A DNA stretch of 64,000 nt, from positions 790,814 to 854,813 of the forward strand of contig JAPDFW010000147.1 of assembly GCA_028826165.1 (NCBI GenBank), in the 5' to 3' direction. The position numbers and the translations under genes are program-made. Source of the stretch: Anaeramoeba ignava BMAN. Lineage: Eukaryota > Protista > Anaeramoebae. Every line of letters starts with the position of its first letter. Positions within the stretch are counted from its first letter, which is position 1. The notes under the pieces were generated by a model. That model searched no databases and was not told the DNA's origin. It was given only the letters and a program-made list of their open reading frames with translations. This document shows positions 23,844 through 36,803 of this stretch, piece by piece.

Positions 23844-26800
23844 TCATTTAACTGAAATATTAATAATTTTAATCTCTTCTAAAGGTTTATCTTTTTTATC
23901 AGTTTTTGTTTGTTCAATTGCTTTTACAACTGATAAACCTTTTGTTACTCTTCCAAAAACTGTATGTTTATTATCTAAATGAGGAGTTGGAACACAAGTA
24001 ATAAAAAATTGACTTCCATTTGTATTTGGTTCATTTGCATTTGCCATACTAACTGTTCCAATTCTATCATGTTTTAATTTTGTTGAAAATTCATCTTCAA
24101 AATGTCCTCCCCAAATACTTTCTCCACCTGTTCCATCTCCTTTAGGACAACCTGTTTGAATAATAAAATCTTTTATAACTCTATGAAAGATCTAAAATTC
24201 AAATTAATTTATTATTAAAATTATTATTAAAATTGTTATTAAAATTATTATTAAAATTATTATTAAAATTATTATTAAAATTATTATTAAAATTATTATT
24301 AAAATTATTATTAAAATTATTATTAAAATTATTATTAAAATTATTATTAAAATTATTATTAAAATTATTATTAAAATTATTATTAAAATTGTTATTAAAA
24401 TTATTATTAAAATTATTATTAAAATTCATTCCACTTTTTATTCCACTTTTTATTAAAATTATTATTAAAATTATTATTAAAATTATTATTAAAATTATTA
24501 TTAAAATTATTATTAAAATTGTTAAAATTAAATTTATTATTAAAATTGTTAAAATTATTAAAATTGTTAAAATTATTAAAATTGTTAAAATTGTTAAAAT
24601 TGTTAAAATTGTTAAAATTGTTAAAATTGTTAAAATTATTTAAATTATTTAAATTTACAAGCCCATTATAAAATCCATTTTTTGCAAGTGTACAAAAATT
24701 CTCAACAGTTTTAGGACATTCTTCAGGAAATAATTGTAGGAAAATATCACCAAGAGAGGTATGAATTATAGCATTCGTAAATTTTTGGAAAACCGAAGAA
24801 GAAGTTGAATTTGAAGTTCTGTCTTCAATTTTGGGTTTTTCATTATAAACATCTCGACCTCCAAAAACTGGATCATCATCTGCAGGCTCTCGTTTTGAAA
24901 AAAGATAAAATCTTGCCTTCTTATGCGCAGTGCAAAATAGAATAGGATCTATTTCTTGCGAGAAAGAAACACCAGATGTTGAAACTAATTCCGGTTTTCC
25001 TTGAAAAATTTGTAAATGAAGAAATCTTTCAGAACTTTCGACTTTTCCAAGAAGTTTATAAACTCTATTGTTCTTAATATTGACAACTATTTTTATATTT
25101 CCAAATCAAATATTTCAAAAATAATCCATAAATATTTAAAATGATGCCAAATAAAATATTGAATTAAAACTGATTGAATTTCTACTTTTAATTCCAAACA
25201 TAGTTGCATAAATAAGAAAATTTCCAGATATATCAAATATCGCATTTGCTCTTGCTAAAGCTGAAGATCTTTCTAAGGATTGTTCAAGAGCTAATCTCTT
25301 GCCAAATTCCATTGAATCCAACTTATAAAATTCATCTCCAGAATTTTGCATTTGTTGACATAAATCAAGTGATTCATCGTAATGAATTACTTTTTTTCCT
25401 GTTAAAAATTTAAAAACTCGAATTTGTCGATCCAAAGAGCAACAAGCAAATAGATTTCCATCATTTGATATTGTCAAATTTGTTGGTGATGTTTTCTTTT
25501 TTGCAAATTCATATAAATCTGTATCTAATTTGTATTCAAACTCAACAAAATCTGGATTTTTTTCACTTTCTACTTCCCAATATTCAATTACACCTGATTC
25601 ATCAATTGAAATTACTGTTTCAAATGAATGATTATATTCAATAATCTTGACTGGTTTTTTGTGAATAGAAACGACTTTATTGATTTTGCCTTTTTCGAAT
25701 ACTTTATAAATATTAATTGATGAAGAATTTTTTTCCGATCTGAATTAAAAATTATAATTCAAAAATTCAAATTCAAATTAAAAATCTTGTAAATATTTGA
25801 TTTTAAATTTTGATAGTTTTACATTGCTAATAAAGGTTCTGTTGTATTACGAGGATGAATAAAAGAAACTGCATAAGGTTTATAATTGAGATTTAAAATA
25901 AAAGACATATCAAAAGATCTGACATCAAAAATCTAAAAAAATCAAAATCAAAATTAAAATTCGTTTAAGAATTAAAATTCATTTGAAAATTAAAATTTAA
26001 ATTCATTTGAGAATTAAAATTCATTTGAAAATTAAAATTAAAATTAAAATTCATTTGAAAATTAAAATTAAAATTCATTTGAAAATTAAAATTAAAATTC
26101 ATTTGAAAATTAAAATTAAAATTCATTTGAAAATTAAAATTCATTTGAAAATTAAATTTTAAATTCATTTGAAAATTAAATTTTAAATTCATTTGAAAAT
26201 TAAAATTTAAATTCATTTGAAAATTAAAATTAAAATTCGTTTGAAAATTAAAATTTAAAATTCATTTGAAAATTAAAATTCATTTGAAAATTAAATTTTA
26301 AATTCATTTGAAAATTAAAATTTAAATTCATTTGAAAATTAAAATTAAAATTCATTTGAAAATTAAAATTCATTTGAAAATTAAAATTTAAATTCATTTG
26401 AAAATTAAAATTAAAATTCATTTGAAAATTAAAATTAAAATTCATTTGAAAATTAAAATTCATTTGAAAATTAAAATTAAAATTTAAAATTTTTGATACT
26501 TTTGCTGTTTGATCATCCCCAATTGTTGCAAAAAAAGCTCCGTCATGACTAACACTTGTATCAATAATTGCACTTTGATGTGCAATATATTGTTTAACAA
26601 ATTCAATTCCGATACCTTTATCAAACAAATAAATAAATAAACAAATAAATAAATGAATTTGAATTTTTGAATTATTTTTTTTTAACACACTTGTTTTTTT
26701 CCAAAACATTAAATGACCATCAATACTACAAGAAACAAAAAATCCAAAACCACACATTTTTGTATGTGTAATAAGTGCAGAATGCATATAACTTCTTTCA

Positions 26801-27082
26801 TACATATCAGCACTTGGTAAATTTTCTAAAAAAACTTGCAAGTGTTTTTTAAATTTTTTTCTTTTTTTAATTTCATGATATTCTTTTTTTGAAATGATTT
26901 TTTTATTTTGATTTTGATTTTTATTTTGATTTTGATTTTTGATTTTCATTTTGATTTTGATTTTGATTTTGATTTTGATTTTGATTTTCATTTTGATTTA
27001 AATTTTCATTTTGATTTAAATTTTCTTCTTCTGTTGATTTTGTTCTTTTTTTATTTTTATTTTTATTTTCTTTTGAAATCAT
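23844..27082 (-). CDS. PPWD1: WD40-repeat cyclophilin (spliceosome-associated peptidyl-prolyl isomerase), 6 exons
   Basis: [105 protein letters not shown]. Probable 1-nt indel in the N-terminal NQ tract. Confidence 0.93.
24205..24640. repeat. Intronic 12-mer/9-mer repeat (ttattaaaatta; aaaattgtt)
   Basis: Near-perfect tandem units in the last PPWD1 intron. Confidence 0.85.
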
Positions 27083-27154
27083 TTTAAAAAATGAAAAATG
27101 AAAAAAATGAAAAATAAAAAATAAAAAAAATGGAGAATAAAAAAAAAAGTTGAA

Positions 27155-29081
27155 TCAATTCAAATCTTGAAAATCGTCATTTTTAGTTTCAATCATTGGA
27201 GTTTCTTTTGTTTCAAGTTGACTTGGTTTAAAAACTTTTCTTTTAGGTTCTTTAAACTTTGAAGGTCTCAAACCGAAATAATCAGGTAAATTAGCAATTG
27301 GGCCTCTAACATCATCTAATTGGTAACCAATATACATATCCTTATTACCACCTTGAGGAGAAATAGCTCTAAAAATATCAAGATATTTAAGACTCATTTG
27401 ATATTCACTTTGATTTATATTATCAGGTGAAAGAGCATCTGAGAAGATGTTAAGTGCTGTTGCCTCCGCCTGCGCAATTTGTATACGTGATGTTGCTGTT
27501 CCTTCTGATTTTTTTCTTGTTGATTCTTGTTCTGCTAACCCTAAATTTACTGATACTATTCGTGATCCTTCGGCCTGGATTTTCATCGACATCTTTTTCC
27601 CTTCAGACCTGATGAATTCTCCTCTTCGATGTCTTTCTGCTATCATCTGTTTCTTCATTCCTTCGTTTATTGTTCGACTTGGTGTCAAATCTTGTAACTC
27701 CATTCTTAACTATTTTTTTTTTCATTATTTTTCACTTTTTTTTTTGTTATGATTTTTTTTTTTTTTTCACTTACAACTTCAATTCCCCATGATAAAAATA
27801 ATTGAGAAAATTCTCGAACTAAATAATCATTAATTCTTTCTTGAGATTGAAGTGCCTAATTTTAATTTTAATTTTAATTTTAATTTTAATATTAATTTTA
27901 ATTTTCAAATGAATTTTCAAATGAATTTTAATTTGAATTTGAATTTTAATTTTAATTTTAATTTTAATTTTAATTTTCAAATGAATTTTAATATTATAAA
28001 TGAATTTTAATTTTAATTTTAATTTTCAAATGAATTTTAATATTATAAATGAATTTAAATTTTAATTTTAATTTTAATTTGAATTTTAATTTTAATTTTA
28101 TAAATGAATAATTTTAATTATAATTTTAATTTGAATATTAATTTTAATTTTAATTTTAATTCTAATTTTAATTTTAATTTAAATTTTAATTTTAATTTGA
28201 ATTTTAATTTTAATTTTAATTTTAATTATAATTTTAATTTTAATTTGAATTTTTTGTACTTCATTAAAAGTCATATTCCCAAACACTTCTTTAATTTGTG
28301 TTTGTGCAGTATTAGATAAAGCTCCTTGTAAATCATCAATTTCATAAACAGCCTTTAAAACATCTGAAATTCGATAATACATTAAAGCATTAACATCTAA
28401 TAAAACAGTATCTTTTCTAAAAAAATTAAAATTTTTAATCATTTCAATTCCAAATAAGTTCCAAATAAAAAATAATCATTTTAATTCTTCATAAAATTTA
28501 CGTATAAACTTCTTGAGGAAGGAAATTAAACACTGATTCTCTTTTGTCAATTCGATAATGTGTTGAACTAATCAAATTTTAAATTGAAAATTCATTTTAA
28601 AATTAAATTGAAAATTAAATTGAAAATTCAAATTAAAATTCAAATTAAAATTAAATTGTGATTTTGAATTTTTTACGTATCATCTTTAACATCTCCTGTT
28701 TCAGCAATAGAAACTTTTCTCCAATGAAAAGAACGAGGTGAATCAACAAATGGTGCAACAAAATGAAGTCCACTTTCAAGAAGCTATTAAAATAATTTTA
28801 AAAAAAAATATTTTAATTTAAATTTTATTAATTTTAATTTTATTTTATTTTTTACCTTTCGAAATTTTCCAAATCTTTCAATAACAATTGCTTCTGATTC
28901 ATGAACAATGTACATTGATTTATAAAGAAGCAAAATAACAATTAACACAATCTATTATTTTGAATTTCAAATTATTATTAAAATTATTAATAAAATTATT
29001 AATAAAATTATTATTAAATTTATTATTAAAATTTCTTACAGCTGCTGCTACAATTCCAACAATTAAACCAATTGATGCCAT
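27155..29081 (-). CDS. SPFH/band-7 (stomatin-like) protein with N-terminal TM, about 7 exons
   Basis: MASIGLIVGIVAAA|IVLIVILLLYKSMYIVHESEAIVIERFGKF, GLHFVAPFVD, FNFLPQEVYT, LDVNALMYYRISD, QMIAERHRRGEFIRSEG. Confidence 0.88.
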
Positions 29082-29524
29082 TTTAAATGTTTTTATTAAT
29101 AATAAAATAAATTATAAAATAAAAAAGCAAAAAAGGTGAAAATTTTTGTTTTGTTTTTTTTTTGGATAAATGAAAATAATAATAATAATAAAAGAAAGAA
29201 TAAAAGAATAAAAATAAAAAAAATGAAATTAAAATTTTTTTTGTTTTTTTTTTTCGTTAATTTAAAAATAAAAGGAGAAAAATTAAAAAAAAGGAGAAAA
29301 AAAAATAATTTCAATTACTAATTATTATTAAAAAATTATTCATTGTTCTCACAATAAATAAAAAAAAACAAAAAAACAAATTTTTTTTCATTTTCATTTT
29401 TTTCATTTTTTTTCTTTTTCCTTCAATTACTTTTTCCTTTCTTTTTATTTTACTTTCATTTACAAAAATAATTTGAATTAAATTACCAACAAGAAAAAAA
29501 AATAATAATAATAATAATAATAAA

Positions 29525-31696
29525 ATGATAAATTTTGATTTACTTGATAATTCTGAATATCTTAATGACCAACTTTTTTCCAATAATTTTCTTCCAAATC
29601 AATTCATAACAGAACAAGAAAATTTTGAAAATTTTAAAATTCCAAACATCCCAACTGTAAAAAAAACCATAAAATATAATTCTATTTTCATTTCCATTTC
29701 TATTTCTATTTCTATTTATTTCTATTTCTATTTCTATTTATTATATTTATATTATTTATTATATTTATATTTATTATATTTATATTTATATTATATTTAT
29801 ATTTATATTTATATTTATATTTATATTTATATTTATATTTATATTTATATTTATATTTATATTTATATTTATATTTATATTTATATTTATATTTATATTT
29901 ATATTTATATTTATATTTATATTTATATTTATATTTATATTTATATTTTATATTTATATTTATTTATATTTATATTTTTATATTTTTTTATTTTATATTT
30001 ATATTTATATTTTATATTTTATATTTATATTTATATTTTATATTTTATATTTATATTTATATTTATATTTATATTTATATTTATATTTATATTTATATTT
30101 ATAATTATATTTATATTTATATTTATATTTATATTTATATTTATTTATATTTTATATTTATATTTATATTTATATTTATATTTATATTTATATTTATATT
30201 TATATTTATATTTATATTTATATTTATATTTATATTTATATTTATATTTATATTTATATTTATATTTATATTTATATTTATAATTTTATTTATATTTAAA
30301 TTAAAATTAAAATTAAAATTAAAATTAAAATTAAAATTAAAATTAAAATTAAAATTAAAATCAAAATTAAAATCAAAATAAAAAGCCATACCAATTTTCC
30401 AAAAAAATTATTGATCTTTCTAAACAAACGGAACTAAAAGAAAAACCACAAGAAAAAAACGAAGAAAAAAGTGAAGAAAAAGGGATTGTTAAGGCTTACA
30501 AAGGAACAACAACATTAGCATTTGTATTTGCAAAAGGGATTGTAGTTGCAGTTGATTCACGAGCTTCATCAGGGCAATACATTGGTATTAAATCAACAAG
30601 CAAGATTTTGAACAAATATTTATTGAAAAAATTTTCTTTTCAAAATTTGTTTTTTTAAAATTATATTTTCCTTGTGATTATTAAATCAGCCTCTCAAACT
30701 GTACAGAAAGTAATTCCTATCAATAAATATATTTTGGGAACAATGGCTGGTGGTGCTGCTGATTGCCAGTTTTGGCAAAGACATCTTGGTAGACTTACAA
30801 ATCTTTATGAGTTAACTAATAGAGAAAGAATGTCTGTTAGTTCCGCTTCAAAATTATTGGCAAATATGTTATATTCTTATAGAAATTATGGTCTTTCTTT
30901 GGTATTTATTATTTATTTTTATTTAATTATTTTTATTTTTATTTAATTATTTTTATTATTTCTATTTTTATTTTTATTAGGGAACTATGGTTTCTGGATA
31001 TGATAACAAAGTTTGTAGAATTTTTAGTTCTTTTTTATATAAAATTAAAATCAAAATCAAAATTAAAAATTAAAATTAAAATTAAAATTAAAATTAAAAT
31101 ATGAAAATCAAAATTAAAATTAAAATTAAAATTAAAATTAAAATTAAAATTAAAATTAAAATCAAAATCAAAATTAAAAATTAAAATTAAAATTAAAATT
31201 AAAATTAAAATTAAAATTAAAATTAAAATTAAAATTAAAATTAAAATTAAAATTAAAATTAAAATTAAAATTAAAATTAAAATTAAAATTAAAATTAAAA
31301 TTTAAATGAAATTAAAATTAAAATTAAAATTAAAATTAAAATTAAAATTAAAATTAAAATCAAAATCAATATTAAAAATTTAAATTAAAATTAATTTAAA
31401 AGGGTCCACATTTATATTATGTTGATAATGATGGAACAAGACTTAAAAACAACTTATTTTCAGTTGGAAGTGGATCACCATTTGCATATGGAGTTCTTGA
31501 TGATGGATATAAATGGGATTTAGAAGTTGAAGAAGCATGTGAATTAGGAAGAAGAGCAATTTATCATGCAACTCATAGAGATGCTTATTCAGGAGGAATG
31601 GTTAATGTTTATTACATTAATCAAGATGGTTGGACAAAAATATCTACTGAAGATTCTAATGATCTTCATTGGAAATATCAAAATGAAAAATTATAA
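29525..31696 (+). CDS. PSMB5: Proteasome subunit beta type-5 (chymotrypsin-like), 5 exons
   Basis: Propeptide then G|[69 protein letters not shown]. Confidence 0.95.
29690..30380. repeat. Intronic (TTTATA)n then (AAAATT)n microsatellite
   Basis: Fills PSMB5 intron 1. Confidence 0.85.
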
Positions 31697-31949
31697 ATTC
31701 CATTTAAATTCCATTTAAATTTTAAAATTCAAAATTCAAAATTTAATCCAAAATTTAAACCCAAAAAAACATTCTTTTTCTTTCACAATTTTTTTCTTTT
31801 TTTTTCTTTTTTTTTAAAAAAGAATTTCATTCCAAAAAAAAATTTTTTTTTGATCCACTTTTTTCTTTTTAAAAAAATAAAAAATCAAAAATCAAAATCA
31901 AAATATTTTTTTTTTCATTTTTTTTTTCATTTTTATTTTTCATTTATCT

Positions 31950-34579
31950 ATGACTGAAAAAATAATCAATAATAGATGGAAATTGCTTAATAAAATTGGA
32001 AAAGGAGGTTATGGTAATATTTTTCTTTTTAAAATCAATTCAAAAATTTATATTTTTTTGAAATTTAAATTTTAAAATAAAAATTTAATTTAATTTATTT
32101 AGGAAAAATTTATACAGCTTTAGATTTACAAACTAATAAGAAAGTTGCTGTTAAAATTGAACGAGGGACGCATAAAAGACAAGCTTTAAAAATGGAAAGG
32201 AATGTTCTTTATAAATATAAAGGTATTTTTTTATAAAATTTAATTCAAAATTTAATACAAAATTTAATTTAAAAATTTAATTTAAAATTTATTTCAAAAT
32301 TTAATTCAAAATTTATTTCAAAATTTAATTTAAAAAGATTCTCCTTATGCTCCTGATTTTATTTACTTTGGAAATTATGAAGGTTCCGATTATATTGTTA
32401 TGGAACTTTTAGGGAAAAATTATACAGATCTTAGACGTAAACAACCTAATGGAATATTTTCATTACAAACAACTTTAAAATTAGGAATTAATGTATTTTT
32501 TCTTAAATAAAATCAAAATCAAAATCAAAATCAAAATCAAAATCAAAATCAAAATCAAAATCAAAATCAAAATCAAAATCAAAATAAAAATCAAAATCAA
32601 AATAAAAATCAAAATCAAAATCAAAAATCAATATCAAAATCAAAATCAAAATCAAAATATAAATCAAAATCAAAATCAAAATAAAATAAAATCAAAATCA
32701 AAATCAAAATCAAAATCAAAATCAAAATCAAAATCAAAATATAAATCAAAATCAAAATCAAAATCAAAATCAAAATCAAAACCAAAATTAAAATCAAAAT
32801 CAAAATCAAAATCAAAATCAAAATCAAAATCAAAATCAAAATCAAAATCAAAATCAAAATCAAAATCAAAATCAAAATCAAAATCAAAATCAAAAATCAA
32901 AATCAAAATCAAAATATAAATCAAAATCAAAATATAAATCAAAATCAAAATAAAAAGATGATTTCAGCAATAGAAGATCTTCACAATACCGGATTTATTC
33001 ATAGAGATATTCAACCTGTTGTTATTATTATAATTTTCTTTACCATTTTGTGTTTCAATTTATATTTTTTTTGAATAATTTTATACTTTCAAAATTTAGG
33101 CAAATTTTGCAATTAGAATTAAAGAAAATCAAGATCCAAAAAAGAATTCATTTTGTTGTTTATTTGATTATGGACTTGCAAGAAGGCATCTTGATGAAAA
33201 TGGAGAAGCAAGAGAAGTATTTATTCAAGATAATATAAAGAAAAAAGAATAAATTAATTTTTATTTACAATTTATAATTATCCAAAAAAATAGGCAAGAA
33301 GAAAAACAGGATTTAGAGGAACAAATAAATTTGCATCAATAAATGCACATATATCAATTGTATAAATCAAATATTGAATATTGAATATTAAATTGAATAT
33401 TAAATTGAATATTATATTGAATATTGAATATTAAATTGAATATTAAATTGAATATTAAATTGAATATTGAATATTGAATTGAATATTGAATTAAATTGAA
33501 TTGAATTGAATTAAATATTAAATATTCAAAAATATGAATGGAAATTGAATTCAAAAATAAATTGAATTAAATATTGAATATTGAAATTGAATTGAATATT
33601 GAAATTGAATATTAAATTGAAATTAAATTGAATTTGAATATAAAAGAATATTGGAATTGAATTAAATATTGAATTGAATTGAATATTGAATATTGAATAT
33701 TGAAATTGAATTAAATCAAATATTGAAATATAGGCATTTTGAAAGAAATTAAAAATTAAAAATTAAATATTGAATTGAATATTAAAATTGAATATTAAAT
33801 TGAATATTGAAATTGAATTCGATATTGAATTGAATATTGAATTAAATATTGAAATTGAAATTGAATTGAATTTTGAATTGATTAAATTAAATATTAAATT
33901 TAAATTGAATATTAAATATTAAAATTGAATTGAATGAATTGAAATTGAATTGAATTGAATTTTTTAAAATTGAATATTAAATATTAAATATTGAAATTGA
34001 ATATTGAATTGAAATTAAATTGAATTAAAATTGAATTAAATTGAAATTAAAATTGAATTGAATTGTGTTTTCTTGAATAAATTGGAACTTAGGAACTTTC
34101 AAGAAGAGATGATTTATGGTCATTATTATTTGTTCTAATTGAATTTTATACAAGAAAATTACCTTGGAAAAATATAGAGCAAAAAGACAAAATTATTGAA
34201 TTGAAAAAGAAATCTATTTCACAAGAACTTTGTAAAGATCTTCCAAATGAATTCAATTCTTTCTATTTACATTTAAATAGTATAAATCAAAATATTCCAA
34301 TTTATATTCAATTTTGGATTTATAAAATTTTTTAATTGTTTAATATTTATTTAAAAACAAAAAGGTTTGAGTTATGGAGATAAACCAAATTATGAACTCC
34401 TTAGAAATTTATTAAAAAATGTATATAGAAGATTTTTAATAAGCGAAGATATGTTACTTGATTGGGAAATTTCTGGAAATTCTTTACAAAATAAATCAAT
34501 TCCTCAAAATCCAAAATTAAAATCAAAATTAAAATCAAAATCAAAATCAAAATCAAAAATCAAATTCAAATTCAAATGA
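31950..34579 (+). CDS. Casein kinase 1 superfamily, tau-tubulin-kinase-like, 8 exons
   Basis: RWKLLNKIGKGGYGKIY, VAVKIE, IVMELLGKN, GFIHRDIQPANF, LFDYGLARR, GFRGTNKFASINAH, ELSRRDDLWS, LSYGDKPNY. Confidence 0.9.
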
Positions 34580-34804
34580 GCAAAAAATTAAAAAACCAAG
34601 AAATTCAAAAAAAAAAAGAACTCAAACAAACGAACAAAATCAAAAAATTTGAAAAGCAAAAAAAGTGGATCAAAAAAAAAAATAACAAAAATTCTTCTTT
34701 TTTTTTTTTTAGTTTTAGAACATTTTAATTTAATTTTCTTTAAATAAAGAATTCAAATAGATTTAATAAAAAATTTCATTTTGATTTTCATTTTCAATTT
34801 TGAT

Positions 34805-35074
34805 TTAAATAAGTAATAAAAGAAGAATTGATAAAAGAAGTAATAAGAAAAATAATTTTATATAATTTTCTTTTATCATAAAAGGTTTTTTAGGTCGAAC
34901 AAAAATATTTGTATCAATTTGATCCAATAATTCTGTTTGAGATATAATTTCTTGTGGAATAATTTGATTTATTTCATTATTTCTTGAAGAAATTAAATCA
35001 AAATCTTCAAAAATTTTTGCCATTTCGTCTAATTTTTCATCTAAAGCTAATTTTTCTGGTGAATTCATTTCCAT
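34805..35074 (-). CDS. Small tail-anchored Qc-SNARE-like protein (89 aa)
   Basis: DEKLDEM...EIISQTELLDQID resembles a Qc SNARE motif, followed by a C-terminal hydrophobic tail LFFLLLLLSILLLLI. Confidence 0.55.
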   Translation of the reverse strand: MEMNSPEKLALDEKLDEMAKIFEDFDLISSRNNEINQIIPQEIISQTELLDQIDTNIFVRPKKPFMIKENYIKLFFLLLLLSILLLLLI

Positions 35075-35351
35075 TTAAATTATTTAAAAAAAAAAATGAA
35101 AAAAAATAAAAAATGAGTCAACTTTATAAATAAAAAAAAATTAAAAAAAAAAAAACACGTTTTCTTTTAAATTAAAATAAAAAAAAATTTTAATTTAAAA
35201 TTAAAACAACAACAAACGTTTTTTTTACAAAATAAGATTAAAAACAAAAATAATAAAAAACTTTTTTTCATTTTTTTATTTTTATTTTTTCCTTTTCAAA
35301 ATAAAAATTAAATTCTAATTCTAATTCTAATTAAAAAATTAAAAAATTTAA

Positions 35352-36542
35352 ATGGAAAATCAAATGCAAATGGATTATGATTATTTAGAAACAAATGAAA
35401 ACAAATCAGAAGAAAAAAATGCAAAAAACACAAAAAATCAAACAATCAAAAAGAAGAATAGAAATCAAAGAAGAAAAAAAAGAATTAAAACTGAAACTGA
35501 AAGTGAAACTGAATCTGAATCAGAAAATCAAAATCAAAATCAAAATCAAAATCAAAATCAAAATCAAAATCAAAATCAAAATCAAAATATTTTATCTTTT
35601 AAAAATATTCACAATCAAGATAAAAATGCAAAAAAAAAGAAAAGAAAAAAAATTATCAAAAAACTTAAACAAAATAAAAAATTAAAAACAAAACAAAAAG
35701 AGATTGATTTACAAAATCAAAAAGAAATTTTAAATTCAGCAAATGAAAAATTATCTTCAGAAATTGATAAATCTTTAAATGAAAACAAAGAATTACAAGT
35801 AAGTTTTTAAATTTAAATTAAAATTCATTTTAAAATTAAAATTAAAATTAAAATTCATTTTAAAAAAAAATAGGAAAGATTAAAAAAATTGGAAGAACAA
35901 ACTAAAAAATTTGAAAAACAAAAAGAAGAAAGACAAAAAATACAAAGACAAAAAATAATAGAAGCAAGACAACAACAACAACAAAGACAAGAAACAACAA
36001 TAATTTTACAAAAAATAAATAATACAAATTATCGCAAAAATCCATTTAGAATTTTTCGAAATATTTTTTCACTTCCAACAAATGAAAATTTAGAAAACAA
36101 ACAAAACAAAACAGAATCAACAACATTTAATACATTTAGTTTTTACAAAGGAATTAATTATGAAAGAAATTATTCATTCTTTATTTTTCTAATCATTTTA
36201 TTTTTCCTTTCGTTTATTTTTACAAAAAATTCAAATGAAAATCAACAATTTAATTCATTGACATCAAATCAAAATCAAAATCAAAATCAAAATCAAAATT
36301 CAAGATTTTATTCTCAATTGTATTTCTTAAGAAACTTATTATTTTCTCAAAATACAAGATTTCTTTCTTTGTTTGAAAATGTTTCTCCTAGTTTTCGATT
36401 AAATTCAAATCAAAATTCTTTTTCTTCTTTAAATCATCAAAATTTGGATCAAGAACAAAACAAAAATCAACAAAAAAATCAACAAAATGAAAATAATTTC
36501 CAAAATTCTCAAACAAATCAAAAAATGGATTCAAACAATTAG
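35352..36542 (+). CDS. Membrane-tethered bZIP-like protein (ATF6/CREB3-like topology); intron 35799-35873
   Basis: Basic tract, then heptad L-L-L-S-L-L zipper across the splice junction, TM YSFFIFLIILFFLSFIF, and a luminal RNLL motif. Confidence 0.55.
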
Positions 36543-36803
36543 GTTTTATTTTGATTATTTTTATTCTCCTTTTTCTTTTTTTTTTCTTTCCTGAAAAAAC
36601 AATTTTATTTTTCTTTTTATTTTTAATTTATCAAAAAAAAAAAATTTTTTTCAATTCATTTTCAGAAAAAAAAAATCAAATTTGTTGATTGTTTGTAATC
36701 AATAAAACAATTTCCAAAAAACAAAAACAAACAAAATATTTTTTTTTTAACGATTTTTTTTTTTCATTTTTTTTCATTTTTTTTCATTTTAAAAAAATAA
36801 ATA

